The notes beneath the pieces were generated by a model. It searched no databases, had not been told where the DNA came from, and saw only the letters and a list, made by a program, of their open reading frames with translations. DNA of 64,000 nucleotides from Candidatus Wildermuthbacteria bacterium (lineage in GTDB: Bacteria > Patescibacteriota > Minisyncoccia > Minisyncoccales > UBA10102), in the NCBI GenBank assembly GCA_016186115.1, contig JACPMK010000003.1, positions 90,470-154,469 on the forward strand, read 5' to 3'. The position numbers and the translations under genes are program-made. This document shows, piece by piece, positions 44,199 through 53,494 of the stretch (its first letter is position 1; the number at the start of each line of letters is the position of its first letter).

Positions 44199-45857
44199 AT
44201 GCTCAAGATTTTTATTTTTTTAAATTTGTTTTTTTTCTTATTGATCCCGAGCAAAAGTTTTGCTGCTGATGCAGAAATCGGGTCTGCGTACAGCGATACG
44301 GGATTTCAATTGGTGCAGCCCGGGCCGGTGTGGACGGATGAAAAAACCGCATACTTGTTTTTTAACAACAGCGGGCAATATCTCGCGTATCGCAAAACTA
44401 CTGATGGAGGATTAAGTTGGTCAACAGAGGTCCTTATTTCTTTTGGTTTGGTGCGGCAGGTTGGCATCTGGTTTGATCAATGGACCCCCGGGATTACGGG
44501 GAGCACGATTCATGTTGCCTATCTTGATACCAGATCCACAAGCAAAGGGATTAAATACCGCTCGTTGAATACAAAAAGCGATTCTTTGGGGCCAGAACGT
44601 TTTGTGTATCAAACTGTTGGCTTCGATACTGTTTCCTCGGACTTTGCGGGCGGGGTCATTAGTATTACAAGAGCTCGTGGAGGGAATATCTATATTGCAG
44701 GAGCTACGAATCGTTCGGGTGATTACGGATTTTGGCGAAGCATTGATGGCGGGACTATGTGGGGGCAAAGAGCAAATGTGTTTGACGGACAATTTTTTTC
44801 CGGCGTCTCGCCGGTGTGGTTGGAACCGGGCAATGAAGAAGACGATCAGGATATTTGGGGATTTACATGGAGCAGAGCAACAGGCCAAATTGCATTACAA
44901 GCGTACGATAACTCAAAGAACCTTTGGACTGAAACACCTCTTGCTTCTGATATGACCACAACCCCAGCTGTATATCAGATGGCGGCAGCTACGCGACATT
45001 CGGATAACCACGCGATAGTAGCGGCATGGTCTGATTTCAATACGTCAAGCGCAGACCTCAAGATTTGGGATGTTGGAGGGAAGGATGATATTGTTGCAAA
45101 AAGTAATGTGCTTTCGGATACAAAAAATGCCGCAGGCGTGTCGGTGTTTATCAATCAGCAAAACAATGATCTGTATATTGCATACCTTGTAGGAACTTCA
45201 TGGGGTTCTTTGGAAAGAGCATGGTATAAAAAATCAGACAACGGAGGAGAAGCATGGGGACCTGATATTGTATTGGGCGAACAAGAGCAGGATTTCAAGG
45301 GAATCTGGGCTGGTGCAGGAGTAGGCAAATACGGGGGCAAATTTATGCCCATTTGGTTCAACGATACTACAGATCTCTTTTTAACAAATATAAGTAATGC
45401 TGTTGCAATTTCATTGCCGTCCCCAATTCCAAGTCCCAGCCCAACGCCTTCTCCGACTCCAGAGCCCACGCCGATTCCGACGCCTGCGCCCACACCGACA
45501 CCATCCCCAGCAACTGCAGAGCAATTGCAGAAGCAAATCTCAGAGCTGCAAGCTCTTGTTGCTAAACTTCAAGATCAACTCCGGCTTCTTCAGCAATCTT
45601 CTCCGCAGGAATTTGCAAGGAGCATGTCTTTTGGGACGCGTGATGCCGAAGTAAGCCGTTTGCAGCAATTTCTTGCAACGTTGCCCGGCATATATTCCGA
45701 AGGGCTTGTGACTGGCTACTATGGTTTTCTTACGAAAAAAGCAGTTGAGAGATTTCAACTGCAATACAACATCGTATCTTCATCTGCAGATCTTGGCTAC
45801 GGTATGGTAGGGCCAAAGACAAGAGCAAAACTCAATGAGTTGTTGGGAGCTCTTTGA
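44199..45857 (+). CDS. Secreted Asp-box (BNR) beta-propeller-like protein with C-terminal Pro-rich linker, coiled coil and PG-binding-like domain
   Basis: The track ORF starts at a TTG (44166) and the likely ATG is at 44199. It has a signal peptide and Asp-boxes TTDGGLSWS, SIDGGTMWG and SDNGGEAWG. These are followed by the linker SPIPSPSPTPSPTPEPTPIPTPAPTPTPSP, the coil LQKQISELQALVAKLQDQLRLLQQ, and EVSRLQQFLATL...GYYGFLTKKAVERFQ. Confidence 0.8.
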   Translation: MLKIFIFLNLFFFLLIPSKSFAADAEIGSAYSDTGFQLVQPGPVWTDEKTAYLFFNNSGQYLAYRKTTDGGLSWSTEVLISFGLVRQVGIWFDQWTPGITGSTIHVAYLDTRSTSKGIKYRSLNTKSDSLGPERFVYQTVGFDTVSSDFAGGVISITRARGGNIYIAGATNRSGDYGFWRSIDGGTMWGQRANVFDGQFFSGVSPVWLEPGNEEDDQDIWGFTWSRATGQIALQAYDNSKNLWTETPLASDMTTTPAVYQMAAATRHSDNHAIVAAWSDFNTSSADLKIWDVGGKDDIVAKSNVLSDTKNAAGVSVFINQQNNDLYIAYLVGTSWGSLERAWYKKSDNGGEAWGPDIVLGEQEQDFKGIWAGAGVGKYGGKFMPIWFNDTTDLFLTNISNAVAISLPSPIPSPSPTPSPTPEPTPIPTPAPTPTPSPATAEQLQKQISELQALVAKLQDQLRLLQQSSPQEFARSMSFGTRDAEVSRLQQFLATLPGIYSEGLVTGYYGFLTKKAVERFQLQYNIVSSSADLGYGMVGPKTRAKLNELLGAL

Positions 45858-48192
45858 GGAATGTTTCTACTTCAGATTTGGTGGCGGGATTCAATTCCAG
45901 TACCATGAGCGCATGCTGACGGGCATCGTCAAATTTCCTTAATTCTTTAAAGACAATCGCGAGCGAGGCATGATATTGTGCATTCTTTGGATCTCGTTCG
46001 AGCATTTGCTGGTATGCGGTCATTAAGAGAGGGTAATTTTTGGTTGTAATATAGGCATTGGCAAGAGTTTGGAGCGAACCAAGAGAACGTATGGGGTATT
46101 CTTTTTGGTTAGCAATTTTGATATCGTTTTGCGCTTGTGGGAGATCGCCAAGATATATCTCTGCTAATCCTTTAAACCACCAGCATGCGCCCGTTTCCAG
46201 ATTGAGTTCAATGCACTGGCTCGCGCGTTCTTTCGCATCCGCATATTCTTGAGCAAGGATGTCAGTTTTCATCCATTCAATGAGCACTTTTTGACGTTTT
46301 GGACTTAATTCATGAGCTTTTCTGAATGCAGCGTCTGCCTCCTGAATAAGCGGTGCGATCTGTTCTTGCGGTAATGCATTGATTATTGCAGCTTCAATTA
46401 TCGTATTGGTAAGCCCCCCATAGAAAAGCCAGCTTCCCGTATGAACAGGGTGTGATTTTATTGCCTCTGCAAGAAGCCCTCTTGCTTTTTGGGTGAAAGG
46501 AATTTTTCGTTCCGGGATCTGATTCCCGCATTTCTTCAATATCTCTGCGAATTCCGTGTTGAAATACGCGGCAAGAAATGTTTGATCAAAATTTTGCGCG
46601 CGCTCCATTCGTAAAACAGCTTGTTCGCACTTCTTTGTTTCAACGTCATGTTGCGCAAGGTTGATTTGAGTCGTAAGTTGAATGGGCTGGACAGCTGTTT
46701 TCCATGTGAAGAAAGCGAGAAGAGCAAAAAGCAAGACGAAGAGGAGCGTTCGGGGGCTTTGGATAATTTTCCACGTCAGAAGGTATGATTGCGTCGACAA
46801 GGAAGTTGATTCCTTTGCTTTTCGTAAAAGAAAGAAAGCATAGGCGACGAGAAAGAAAAGAAGGAGATACGTGGAGAAGGTGTCAAAGCTGAATATATTG
46901 ACAACAAGATATGCGAGAAGAGTTGTCTGGGTTCCATGGATAAGGAGCGCATCCTGCGGAATAATTTTTTTGAGCGAGTAAAGTTTCCAAAACAAGAAAC
47001 CGAGCAATGCAAGGAAAGTAAGAAGCGCTGGAATTCCTGCGGCTACTCCAATATCCAAGAAAATATTATGCGCCCTATCCCACCAGTTTGTGGGAGAACT
47101 AAGATCTTTTGTTTCAAAGTTAGGCAATGCGGGATCGAAAAACTGATCAAACCCAACCGCAAAATTTTCAGGGCCATACCCCAGCAAAGGTCTTTCTTTG
47201 AGGGCTTGGAGTCCTATGAGCCAGGCAGAAGTTCGGGGATCATCAAAAAGGAGTTGCGCAGAAAATCTTGAGGCAAGTCCCTGGACCATAATCTGCAGGT
47301 TCGGGCGTTCTGAAAGAAATCTATTTTTGACAAAGATATCAGGATGAGTGTTGAAGTAATATATGGCAATGCTTCCTCCAATGAGTATCAGGGAAAGCAC
47401 GATTTTTGCGGCGCGTAAGGTGGAAGGGTTGAGAATGCGAGTTTGTCTTTGAGGAAGCGGTAAAAAGAGGAGGAAATAAAAAATGCCAACTGCGAATGCG
47501 ATGTACGCCGATCTGCTGCCAGAGAGCAAAATGATAATGCAAAAAAGGATGGAAGCAGAAAGGAAGAATATTTTTCGAGGTTTCGATTGGGAATGAAAAA
47601 AGAAAGCGAGGGCAAGAAAAATAAGAAGCACCATATAGGTTCCTAGGAAGATAGCGCCTCCTACTGTGGAGGGAGGACGGGTTTCAGCAAATATAAAAAT
47701 TTGGTTCAGAAGGCGAAATTGCTGGAATATTGCAACCAGAGATATGCCGATGCCAGCGCTTATCGCAATAGTCCATAGGGCTGGCCAGGAGCGATCTTTG
47801 ATTGCCAAAAAGGCGAGTATACAGAAAAGAAAGAAGAGAAAAAGCTGAAGAAATCCTCCTGCCCGTCCCGGATCGCCCCAAAAGCTGAAGGAAGGATCCA
47901 CGGAAAGGAGAGTAGAGAGGAAAAAGAGCAAAAAAAGAAGGGCGAAAAGAAAAAAAGCCCATTTGATCTGAATGATTCTATGGCAGATATAGGAAAAAAC
48001 ATGGGAGTCCCTGCGAACAGCTTCGAAGGCAAAGAGAGCGATGAGAAAACCAATAACGACCCGAAATACCATCGCTTGTCCCCATGCAGGCGGAGAAAAC
48101 CAAGGAGGCATGCTTAGCAGGGGGATAAAGAGGATAAGGGCTATGCCAGCAAGGAGTACCTTTTCTAAGAGAAAAATTCTTTGCTCTGCCAT
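45832..48192 (-). CDS. O-antigen ligase/polymerase (Wzy_C-like) polytopic membrane protein fused to C-terminal TPR repeats
   Basis: 786 aa. It has more than 10 transmembrane segments in the first ~480 aa, followed by TPR-like helices (ANAYITTKNYPLLMTAYQQMLERDPKNAQYHASLAIVFKELRKFDDARQHALMVLELNP). Confidence 0.75.
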   Translation of the reverse strand: MAEQRIFLLEKVLLAGIALILFIPLLSMPPWFSPPAWGQAMVFRVVIGFLIALFAFEAVRRDSHVFSYICHRIIQIKWAFFLFALLFLLFFLSTLLSVDPSFSFWGDPGRAGGFLQLFLFFLFCILAFLAIKDRSWPALWTIAISAGIGISLVAIFQQFRLLNQIFIFAETRPPSTVGGAIFLGTYMVLLIFLALAFFFHSQSKPRKIFFLSASILFCIIILLSGSRSAYIAFAVGIFYFLLFLPLPQRQTRILNPSTLRAAKIVLSLILIGGSIAIYYFNTHPDIFVKNRFLSERPNLQIMVQGLASRFSAQLLFDDPRTSAWLIGLQALKERPLLGYGPENFAVGFDQFFDPALPNFETKDLSSPTNWWDRAHNIFLDIGVAAGIPALLTFLALLGFLFWKLYSLKKIIPQDALLIHGTQTTLLAYLVVNIFSFDTFSTYLLLFFLVAYAFFLLRKAKESTSLSTQSYLLTWKIIQSPRTLLFVLLFALLAFFTWKTAVQPIQLTTQINLAQHDVETKKCEQAVLRMERAQNFDQTFLAAYFNTEFAEILKKCGNQIPERKIPFTQKARGLLAEAIKSHPVHTGSWLFYGGLTNTIIEAAIINALPQEQIAPLIQEADAAFRKAHELSPKRQKVLIEWMKTDILAQEYADAKERASQCIELNLETGACWWFKGLAEIYLGDLPQAQNDIKIANQKEYPIRSLGSLQTLANAYITTKNYPLLMTAYQQMLERDPKNAQYHASLAIVFKELRKFDDARQHALMVLELNPATKSEVETFLKELPTTH

Positions 48193-48199
48193 ATTGTTC

Positions 48200-48212
48200 T
48201 ATGGTATCACAG
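48200..48212 (-). promoter_or_regulatory. 13-nt box CTGTGATACCATA, 7 nt upstream of the Wzy/TPR start codon
   Basis: The minus strand reads CTGTGATACCATAgaacaatATG. It is identical to 16348-16360. The box contains the extended -10-like TGaTACCAT. Confidence 0.45.
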
Positions 48213-48297
48213 AGCTGGTTTTGGAGCTAGTTTTCTCTTTGAGTCAGATGACACCCATTGACACCATTTTGCAGAAAGGATATGAGTAGAGTAAGGT

Positions 48298-48546
48298 ATG
48301 GCAGATCCAATCAAACAAGATCAATTGTACACCACGCAGGAGACAAGAGAATTTCTGCGGATAAGCGAAAGAACGCTCAAACGTTTTTTAAAAAGCGGAA
48401 TGATTCGGGCCCACAAAGTTGGCGGGCAGTATCGAATATGGGGAAAAGAGATTCTCAAGCTCGTTTCTCCGGGGGTAGAAGAAGAGGTCGCAAAGATATA
48501 TCATCGTTTAAAAGAAAAGACAAAAGAAAAAATCCGCAATTGGTAG
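48298..48546 (+). CDS. Small excisionase/MerR-type HTH DNA-binding protein
   Basis: 82 aa with LYTTQETREFLRISERTLKRFLKSGMIRAHKVGGQYRI. TTGACA-N17-TATGAG lies upstream and AAGG lies before the ATG. Confidence 0.75.
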   Translation: MADPIKQDQLYTTQETREFLRISERTLKRFLKSGMIRAHKVGGQYRIWGKEILKLVSPGVEEEVAKIYHRLKEKTKEKIRNW

Positions 48547-48568
48547 CGGATAAAATGGCAATAGTTTT

Positions 48569-49333
48569 ATGAAAAATACCTTAGTTGCAAAAGAGAAAGT
48601 CGGAATCTTGGGATTTGGAGAAGTAGGAAAGGCGATTGCAAGATTTTATAAAAATCCAAAGATTAAGGACCTCAAACGAGACGATGGACTTGAGGGCAGC
48701 ACTATTTTCCATGTTTGTATCCCATGGAATGGTAAGTTTTTGAATATTGTAAAAGAAGAAATCGAAAAGATAAAACCAAAGCTTACCATTATCCATTCTA
48801 CGGTTGCGCCGGGCACAACCAGAAACCTCAACGCAATGCTCCCGAAGGGCTTGGCTGGCACGGTAGTGCACAGTCCTATCCGAGGAGATCATCCTTATTT
48901 ATACCGTGGGGTCAAATTATTCCTTAAGTACATTGGCGCCGATGACAAAAAAATAGCTCTTTTTGCACAAAAGCATCTCTGCGGCCTTGGCATGAAGATC
49001 AAGATCTTTTATCCTTCAGCAACAACAGAATTAGGAAAGCTTTTCGATACTACGTATTATGGACTTTGCATCGCATGGCATGGGGAGATGAAAAAAATTT
49101 GCGATAAAGAAGGAGTGGATTTCGCAGAAGCGATTCAGGATTTCAATCGTACGTATAACGAAGGATATAAAAAATTGAAAAAGGAACACGTAGTGCGTCC
49201 GGTGCTCTATGCGCCCAATCCCTTGATTGGCGGACATTGCGTTATCCCAAATGTGAAAATACTGAAACAATTCTACCAAAGCAAGGCCTTCGATTTGATT
49301 TTAGAGTACGGCCAAAAAGAAAATCAGGAGTAG
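48569..49333 (+). CDS. Short nucleotide-sugar dehydrogenase-like NAD-binding protein
   Basis: 254 aa with the Rossmann segment VGILGFGEVGKAIA, HSTVAPGTTRNL (compare the STVPxGT block of UDP-glucose/GDP-mannose dehydrogenases), and GGHCVIPN (compare the GGSCFPKD catalytic Cys). Confidence 0.5.
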   Translation: MKNTLVAKEKVGILGFGEVGKAIARFYKNPKIKDLKRDDGLEGSTIFHVCIPWNGKFLNIVKEEIEKIKPKLTIIHSTVAPGTTRNLNAMLPKGLAGTVVHSPIRGDHPYLYRGVKLFLKYIGADDKKIALFAQKHLCGLGMKIKIFYPSATTELGKLFDTTYYGLCIAWHGEMKKICDKEGVDFAEAIQDFNRTYNEGYKKLKKEHVVRPVLYAPNPLIGGHCVIPNVKILKQFYQSKAFDLILEYGQKENQE

Positions 49334-49342
49334 CATTATTTG

Positions 49343-50272
49343 ATGGATGTTATTATTGTTTGCCACACTGAATTCGGGTTTGTTGCCGGCAGGCAGATCA
49401 TATTTGACAAAAAAGGTGTGGATGGAGTACGCGGGGGGGTTATCAATGCCAAGGACATAGCAGAAAAATACGGGGCAAAGATTACGTTTGCGGTATGCCC
49501 CGAAACCGCGGAGTTCTTTCCAAAAGGAATACATCATGAAATTGGCCTGCATATTCATCCGGGATGGGAAAAATTTCGCTGGAAGAATTTTGAATGGTAT
49601 GTGGGGGACGCCTATTTGAGAAAGCATTGCCGACAGTCCCTGAATTCTACCGTATTGCGCGATTATCCATTTGGGGAACAAAAAAACATGATTCAAGCGG
49701 GCGCATGTTTGCTGGAGGAGCATTTTGGAACGAGGCCAAAGGTGTTTGTTGCCGGGAGATGGTCTGAAAATGGAGACACCATGCGAGCCCTGACAACTTT
49801 AGGATTTACCCATGATTGTTCTGCGCCGCCCCATTTGAAAACCGATCATTTTGACTGGTCGAGAATCCCGCGCATTTGTTTGCCGTACCATCCGGACGAG
49901 AACGACTATCAGAAAAAGGGAGGAGTCCCCTTGCTGATAATCCCGATTTCCCGGATGTTGTTCCGGGGAATTGCCAATCCGGAATTAGCCCCCCTTTTTG
50001 GATATCCATGGCTCAAGGCATCGTTTCTTGAATACTATAACCAACAGGTACCAATTTTCCATATTTGTTTTCATTCACCATCCATGACCAGCCCTTATTT
50101 TATGAATACTTTAGACAAGTATCTGCAGTTTCTTTCTCATCATCAGGTGCGATATCGATTTGCTTCAGAAATTACCGAGTATCCGGTGATGAATCCTTCC
50201 ACAAATGTGGTCCCCTATCTCAAGGGAATCAATGCGCAATTATTTGTATCTGCGATTCGAAAGTTTTTATGA
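49343..50272 (+). CDS. Putative polysaccharide deacetylase-like (CE4/NodB-related) protein
   Basis: ~309 aa with the His-rich segment GIHHEIGLHIHPGW, reminiscent of NodB metal motifs. The family call is weak. Confidence 0.4.
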   Translation: MDVIIVCHTEFGFVAGRQIIFDKKGVDGVRGGVINAKDIAEKYGAKITFAVCPETAEFFPKGIHHEIGLHIHPGWEKFRWKNFEWYVGDAYLRKHCRQSLNSTVLRDYPFGEQKNMIQAGACLLEEHFGTRPKVFVAGRWSENGDTMRALTTLGFTHDCSAPPHLKTDHFDWSRIPRICLPYHPDENDYQKKGGVPLLIIPISRMLFRGIANPELAPLFGYPWLKASFLEYYNQQVPIFHICFHSPSMTSPYFMNTLDKYLQFLSHHQVRYRFASEITEYPVMNPSTNVVPYLKGINAQLFVSAIRKFL

Positions 50273-50979
50273 GAAATTATGACACAGTGAATCCAGAGGT
50301 ATACGAGCGGCGGTTTTTGGATATACCAAGAGAGCGATATCTTGATCATCATTGGCTTCCCCGTTTTATCCGGGCAATTGAAAATTATTGCGATGCAAGA
50401 AAAGTGCTTGATCTGGGATGCGGAACCGGAAGGTATACGCAGATCATTGAAAAGTTCGCGAAAGAAGTCACTGGCGTTGACATTTCTGAAAGATTTCTTC
50501 AATATGCAAGAGAAACATACGGACTTCCCCATCTTATCTGCGGAGATGCGCATCATCTTTCATTGGATGATACATTCGACGTTGTTACTACCTTTGGTCT
50601 TTTTGAATATATTGATCGGGATAGAGTCATGAGAGAGATCGATCGGGTTCTTATTCCGGGAGGGTATCTTATTGTGGCAACCGTCAATAAGTATGGCTTT
50701 GGACGGATGTTACGCAGATTGCGCAGGAGTATTCTTCAGAAAAAGCCCCAAGTTATGGAACCGTCGAAGGGCGAGATGCTCACGCATTTTAAGAGGCATC
50801 ACTTTGAAATTATAGAAGTGCAGATGACCGATGGATTGATTTGGCTTCCAGATTTTTTAGATCGCATGATGGGAGAACAAATCTACATGCTCATCGAAAA
50901 GATATTCCATTTTATCGGCACGAATCCATTAAGCAATACCATGTTATTTATAGCGAAAAAGCAAAATGCCACCAATTGA
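50269..50979 (+). CDS. Class I SAM-dependent methyltransferase
   Basis: The likely start is the ATG at 50269 (an ATGA junction). Motif I is VLDLGCGTGRY, and the segment FDVVTTFGLFEYI is also present. Confidence 0.8.
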   Translation: MRNYDTVNPEVYERRFLDIPRERYLDHHWLPRFIRAIENYCDARKVLDLGCGTGRYTQIIEKFAKEVTGVDISERFLQYARETYGLPHLICGDAHHLSLDDTFDVVTTFGLFEYIDRDRVMREIDRVLIPGGYLIVATVNKYGFGRMLRRLRRSILQKKPQVMEPSKGEMLTHFKRHHFEIIEVQMTDGLIWLPDFLDRMMGEQIYMLIEKIFHFIGTNPLSNTMLFIAKKQNATN

Positions 50980-51961
50980 TTTAAAACACAAAACATTCTT
51001 AATCACTGGAGGAACCGGCTCTTTTGGGCAGAAATGCACCGAGATTCTTTTGAGGGAATACGAACCCAATGCCGTGAGGATTTATTCACGGGGAGAATTA
51101 CTCCAGTTCGAAATGGTCCAAAAATTTAACCATGACGAACGCTTACGCTTTTTTATTGGTGATGTGCGTGACAGGGAACGTCTCTCAAGAGCAATGGAAG
51201 GAGTGGATATCGTAGTGCATGCTGCTGCCTTAAAACAAGTTCCCGCTGCAGAATACAATCCATTGGAAGTTATCAAAACAAATATTTTGGGAAGCGCTCA
51301 TGTAGTTGATGCAGCAATTGATAGCAGGGTAAAACGAGCTATTCTGATTAGTACCGATAAGGCGGTTAACCCCGTAAATCTGTACGGCGCTACAAAGCTG
51401 TGCGCGGAGAAGCTCTTCGTTCAAGCGAATTCCTACGTGGGCGGAAGGGAAACAAAATTCAGCTGTTCCCGCTATGGGAATGTGATTGGGAGCCGGGGGA
51501 GTGTAGCTCCGCTTTTTTGCGAACAAAGAAAGAACGGATTTCTTACTATTACCGATGAACGCATGACGAGATTTTGGATTACCCTTGAACAAGGAGTGCG
51601 GTTTGTGCTTCGTTGTCTTGAGCGGATGAATGGGGGAGAAATTTTTATCCCCAAGATTCCGAGTACGAAAATTACCGAAATCGCAGATGCCATTGCTCCG
51701 GGAATGGAAAAGAAGACAGTAGGAATTCGGCCAGGAGAAAAGATTCATGAGATTCTTTTGACTGAATACGAAGCCCTGCACGCGAAAGAATTTGCCGATC
51801 ATTTTGTGATAGAACCAGAATTTAAATTTTGGAAAGATAATGGCGGCGGAACGAATGGGGGCATACCTCTTCATGAGGGATTCCGCTATACGAGCGACAG
51901 GAATGATTGGTATCTCTTGAGAGATGAAATCAAAAACTTGGTACAGGAATTCTTGATATGA
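50966..51961 (+). CDS. UDP-N-acetylglucosamine 4,6-dehydratase (PseB/FlaA1/CapD-type SDR)
   Basis: 331 aa with FLITGGTGSFG, ISTDKAVNPVNLYGATKLCAEK and RYGNVIGSRGSV. Confidence 0.85.
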   Translation: MPPIDLKHKTFLITGGTGSFGQKCTEILLREYEPNAVRIYSRGELLQFEMVQKFNHDERLRFFIGDVRDRERLSRAMEGVDIVVHAAALKQVPAAEYNPLEVIKTNILGSAHVVDAAIDSRVKRAILISTDKAVNPVNLYGATKLCAEKLFVQANSYVGGRETKFSCSRYGNVIGSRGSVAPLFCEQRKNGFLTITDERMTRFWITLEQGVRFVLRCLERMNGGEIFIPKIPSTKITEIADAIAPGMEKKTVGIRPGEKIHEILLTEYEALHAKEFADHFVIEPEFKFWKDNGGGTNGGIPLHEGFRYTSDRNDWYLLRDEIKNLVQEFLI

Positions 51962-52344
51962 AATTTGTTTTAAAAAGAGAGAAGCATCAGGCACCGAGCG
52001 GGTTTTTGGCAGAACTCGTGTCTTCGAAGTATGCAGATGAACCCTTCAAAATTCATAGTTATTTGGTAAAGATTAATAAAGGATACACGAGAGCAAACCA
52101 TTACCACAAAAAGAAAAAAGAATGGATCACTTCTATCGGAGGCAAGACCCTTTTGAAGCTTAAACACGTCAAGACGGGCCAAAGGAAGCAATACCTTCTT
52201 GATTTTGAGGCCAAAGACCAAAAGATTATTTTTATGCCGCCTTTCTGGTCTCATTCCATAGCAGCCATAGGGGGCGCCTCGGCAGTATTAGTGTTTACGC
52301 TTCGTCCTGAAGATAAGGAAGATACTATTTCTCATGAAGTATAA
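51958..52344 (+). CDS. Cupin-fold sugar isomerase/epimerase (WxcM/FdtA-like)
   Basis: 128 aa with TRANHYHKKKKEW (compare RGxHAHK). Confidence 0.6.
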   Translation: MKFVLKREKHQAPSGFLAELVSSKYADEPFKIHSYLVKINKGYTRANHYHKKKKEWITSIGGKTLLKLKHVKTGQRKQYLLDFEAKDQKIIFMPPFWSHSIAAIGGASAVLVFTLRPEDKEDTISHEV

Positions 52345-52347
52345 AAA

Positions 52348-53493
52348 ATGGTGAAAAATTTTATTCCTTACGGCAAGCAATGGATTGATGAGCAAGATGT
52401 GAAGGAGGCGGCAAAGATTTTGAGGACCGACTGGATTACTCAAGGTCCTGTCATTGAGAAATTTGAACATGCAATTGCGAACTATTGCGGAGCATCCTAT
52501 GGAGTGGCAGTAGCATCGGGCACGGCAGCGCTTCATGCGGCATATGCTGTTGCAGGCATTGGCCAGGGAGACGAAGTGATCACAAGCCCTTTAACATTTG
52601 CAGCAACCGCCAATGGAGTTGTGTATTGCGGAGGGAAACCCGTATTTGCAGATATTCAAGAGGATACTCTTACTATTGATCCAAGAGAGATCGAGAAAAA
52701 GATTACGAAAAGAACAAAAGCAATAGCGCCAGTTGACTTTGCCGGGCATCCCTGCGAATATAATAAGATTCTGCAGATTGCAAAGAAGCATAAGTTATTA
52801 GTAATTGAAGATGCAGCTCATGCGTTGGGTTCTGAATACCGGGGAAAGAAAATTGGCAGTTTTGCCGACCTTACCATTTTAAGCTTTCATCCTGTTAAAA
52901 CTATCACCACAGGAGAAGGGGGGATGATTCTGACGAATCACAAAGACCTCTACGAAAAGCTGAAGGTTTTCCGCCATCATGGGATTGTGAAAAAACCAGA
53001 ACAGGGGGGGTGGTATTATGAAATCGAACATCCGGGATACAATTATCGGATCACTGATTTTCAATGTGCGTTGGGCTTAAGTCAATTTCGGAAATTACCC
53101 CGATTCATCAAAAGGAGAAAAGAGATTGTCGCAAGGTATGACGCTGCTTTTCAAGATGAGGAGGCGTTGATTATCCCAAAAGAAAAATCCTATGTGGAAG
53201 CGGTTTACCATATCTATGTGGTACAACTGCGATTAGAGAAACTTCAGGCAGGAAGAAGAGAAATCTTTGAAGCATTACAGAAGCGAGGTATTGGATGCCA
53301 AGTGCATTATGTCCCGGTGCATTTTCAGCCCTTCTATCAAAAAACATTCGGATATCAAAGGGGAGATTTTCCAGTGGCAGAGCGATATTACGAGGGGGCA
53401 CTCACACTCCCTTTATTCCCTAAGATGACCGATGCGCAGGTGGAAAAGGTGATTCGAACCGTTCGTAGTATTATTCGCTTCAATCGCAAGTAG
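52348..53493 (+). CDS. DegT/DnrJ/EryC1/StrS-family sugar aminotransferase (PseC-like)
   Basis: 381 aa with IPYGKQWIDEQDV, VASGTAALH and the PLP lysine in SFHPVKTITTGEGG. Confidence 0.88.
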   Translation: MVKNFIPYGKQWIDEQDVKEAAKILRTDWITQGPVIEKFEHAIANYCGASYGVAVASGTAALHAAYAVAGIGQGDEVITSPLTFAATANGVVYCGGKPVFADIQEDTLTIDPREIEKKITKRTKAIAPVDFAGHPCEYNKILQIAKKHKLLVIEDAAHALGSEYRGKKIGSFADLTILSFHPVKTITTGEGGMILTNHKDLYEKLKVFRHHGIVKKPEQGGWYYEIEHPGYNYRITDFQCALGLSQFRKLPRFIKRRKEIVARYDAAFQDEEALIIPKEKSYVEAVYHIYVVQLRLEKLQAGRREIFEALQKRGIGCQVHYVPVHFQPFYQKTFGYQRGDFPVAERYYEGALTLPLFPKMTDAQVEKVIRTVRSIIRFNRK

Positions 53494-53494
53494 T

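Noticed and set aside
48298-48546. Excisionase-type HTH as a marker of an integrated prophage or genomic island
   Set aside because: The window holds no integrase, recombinase, phage genes, flanking direct repeats or adjacent tRNA. The nearest tRNA is 34 kb away. The gene is treated as a stand-alone regulator.
48258-48572. 104-aa ORF overlapping the HTH gene in another frame
   Set aside because: It is highly basic and low-complexity, and it overlaps a better-supported HTH ORF that has its own promoter and ribosome binding site.
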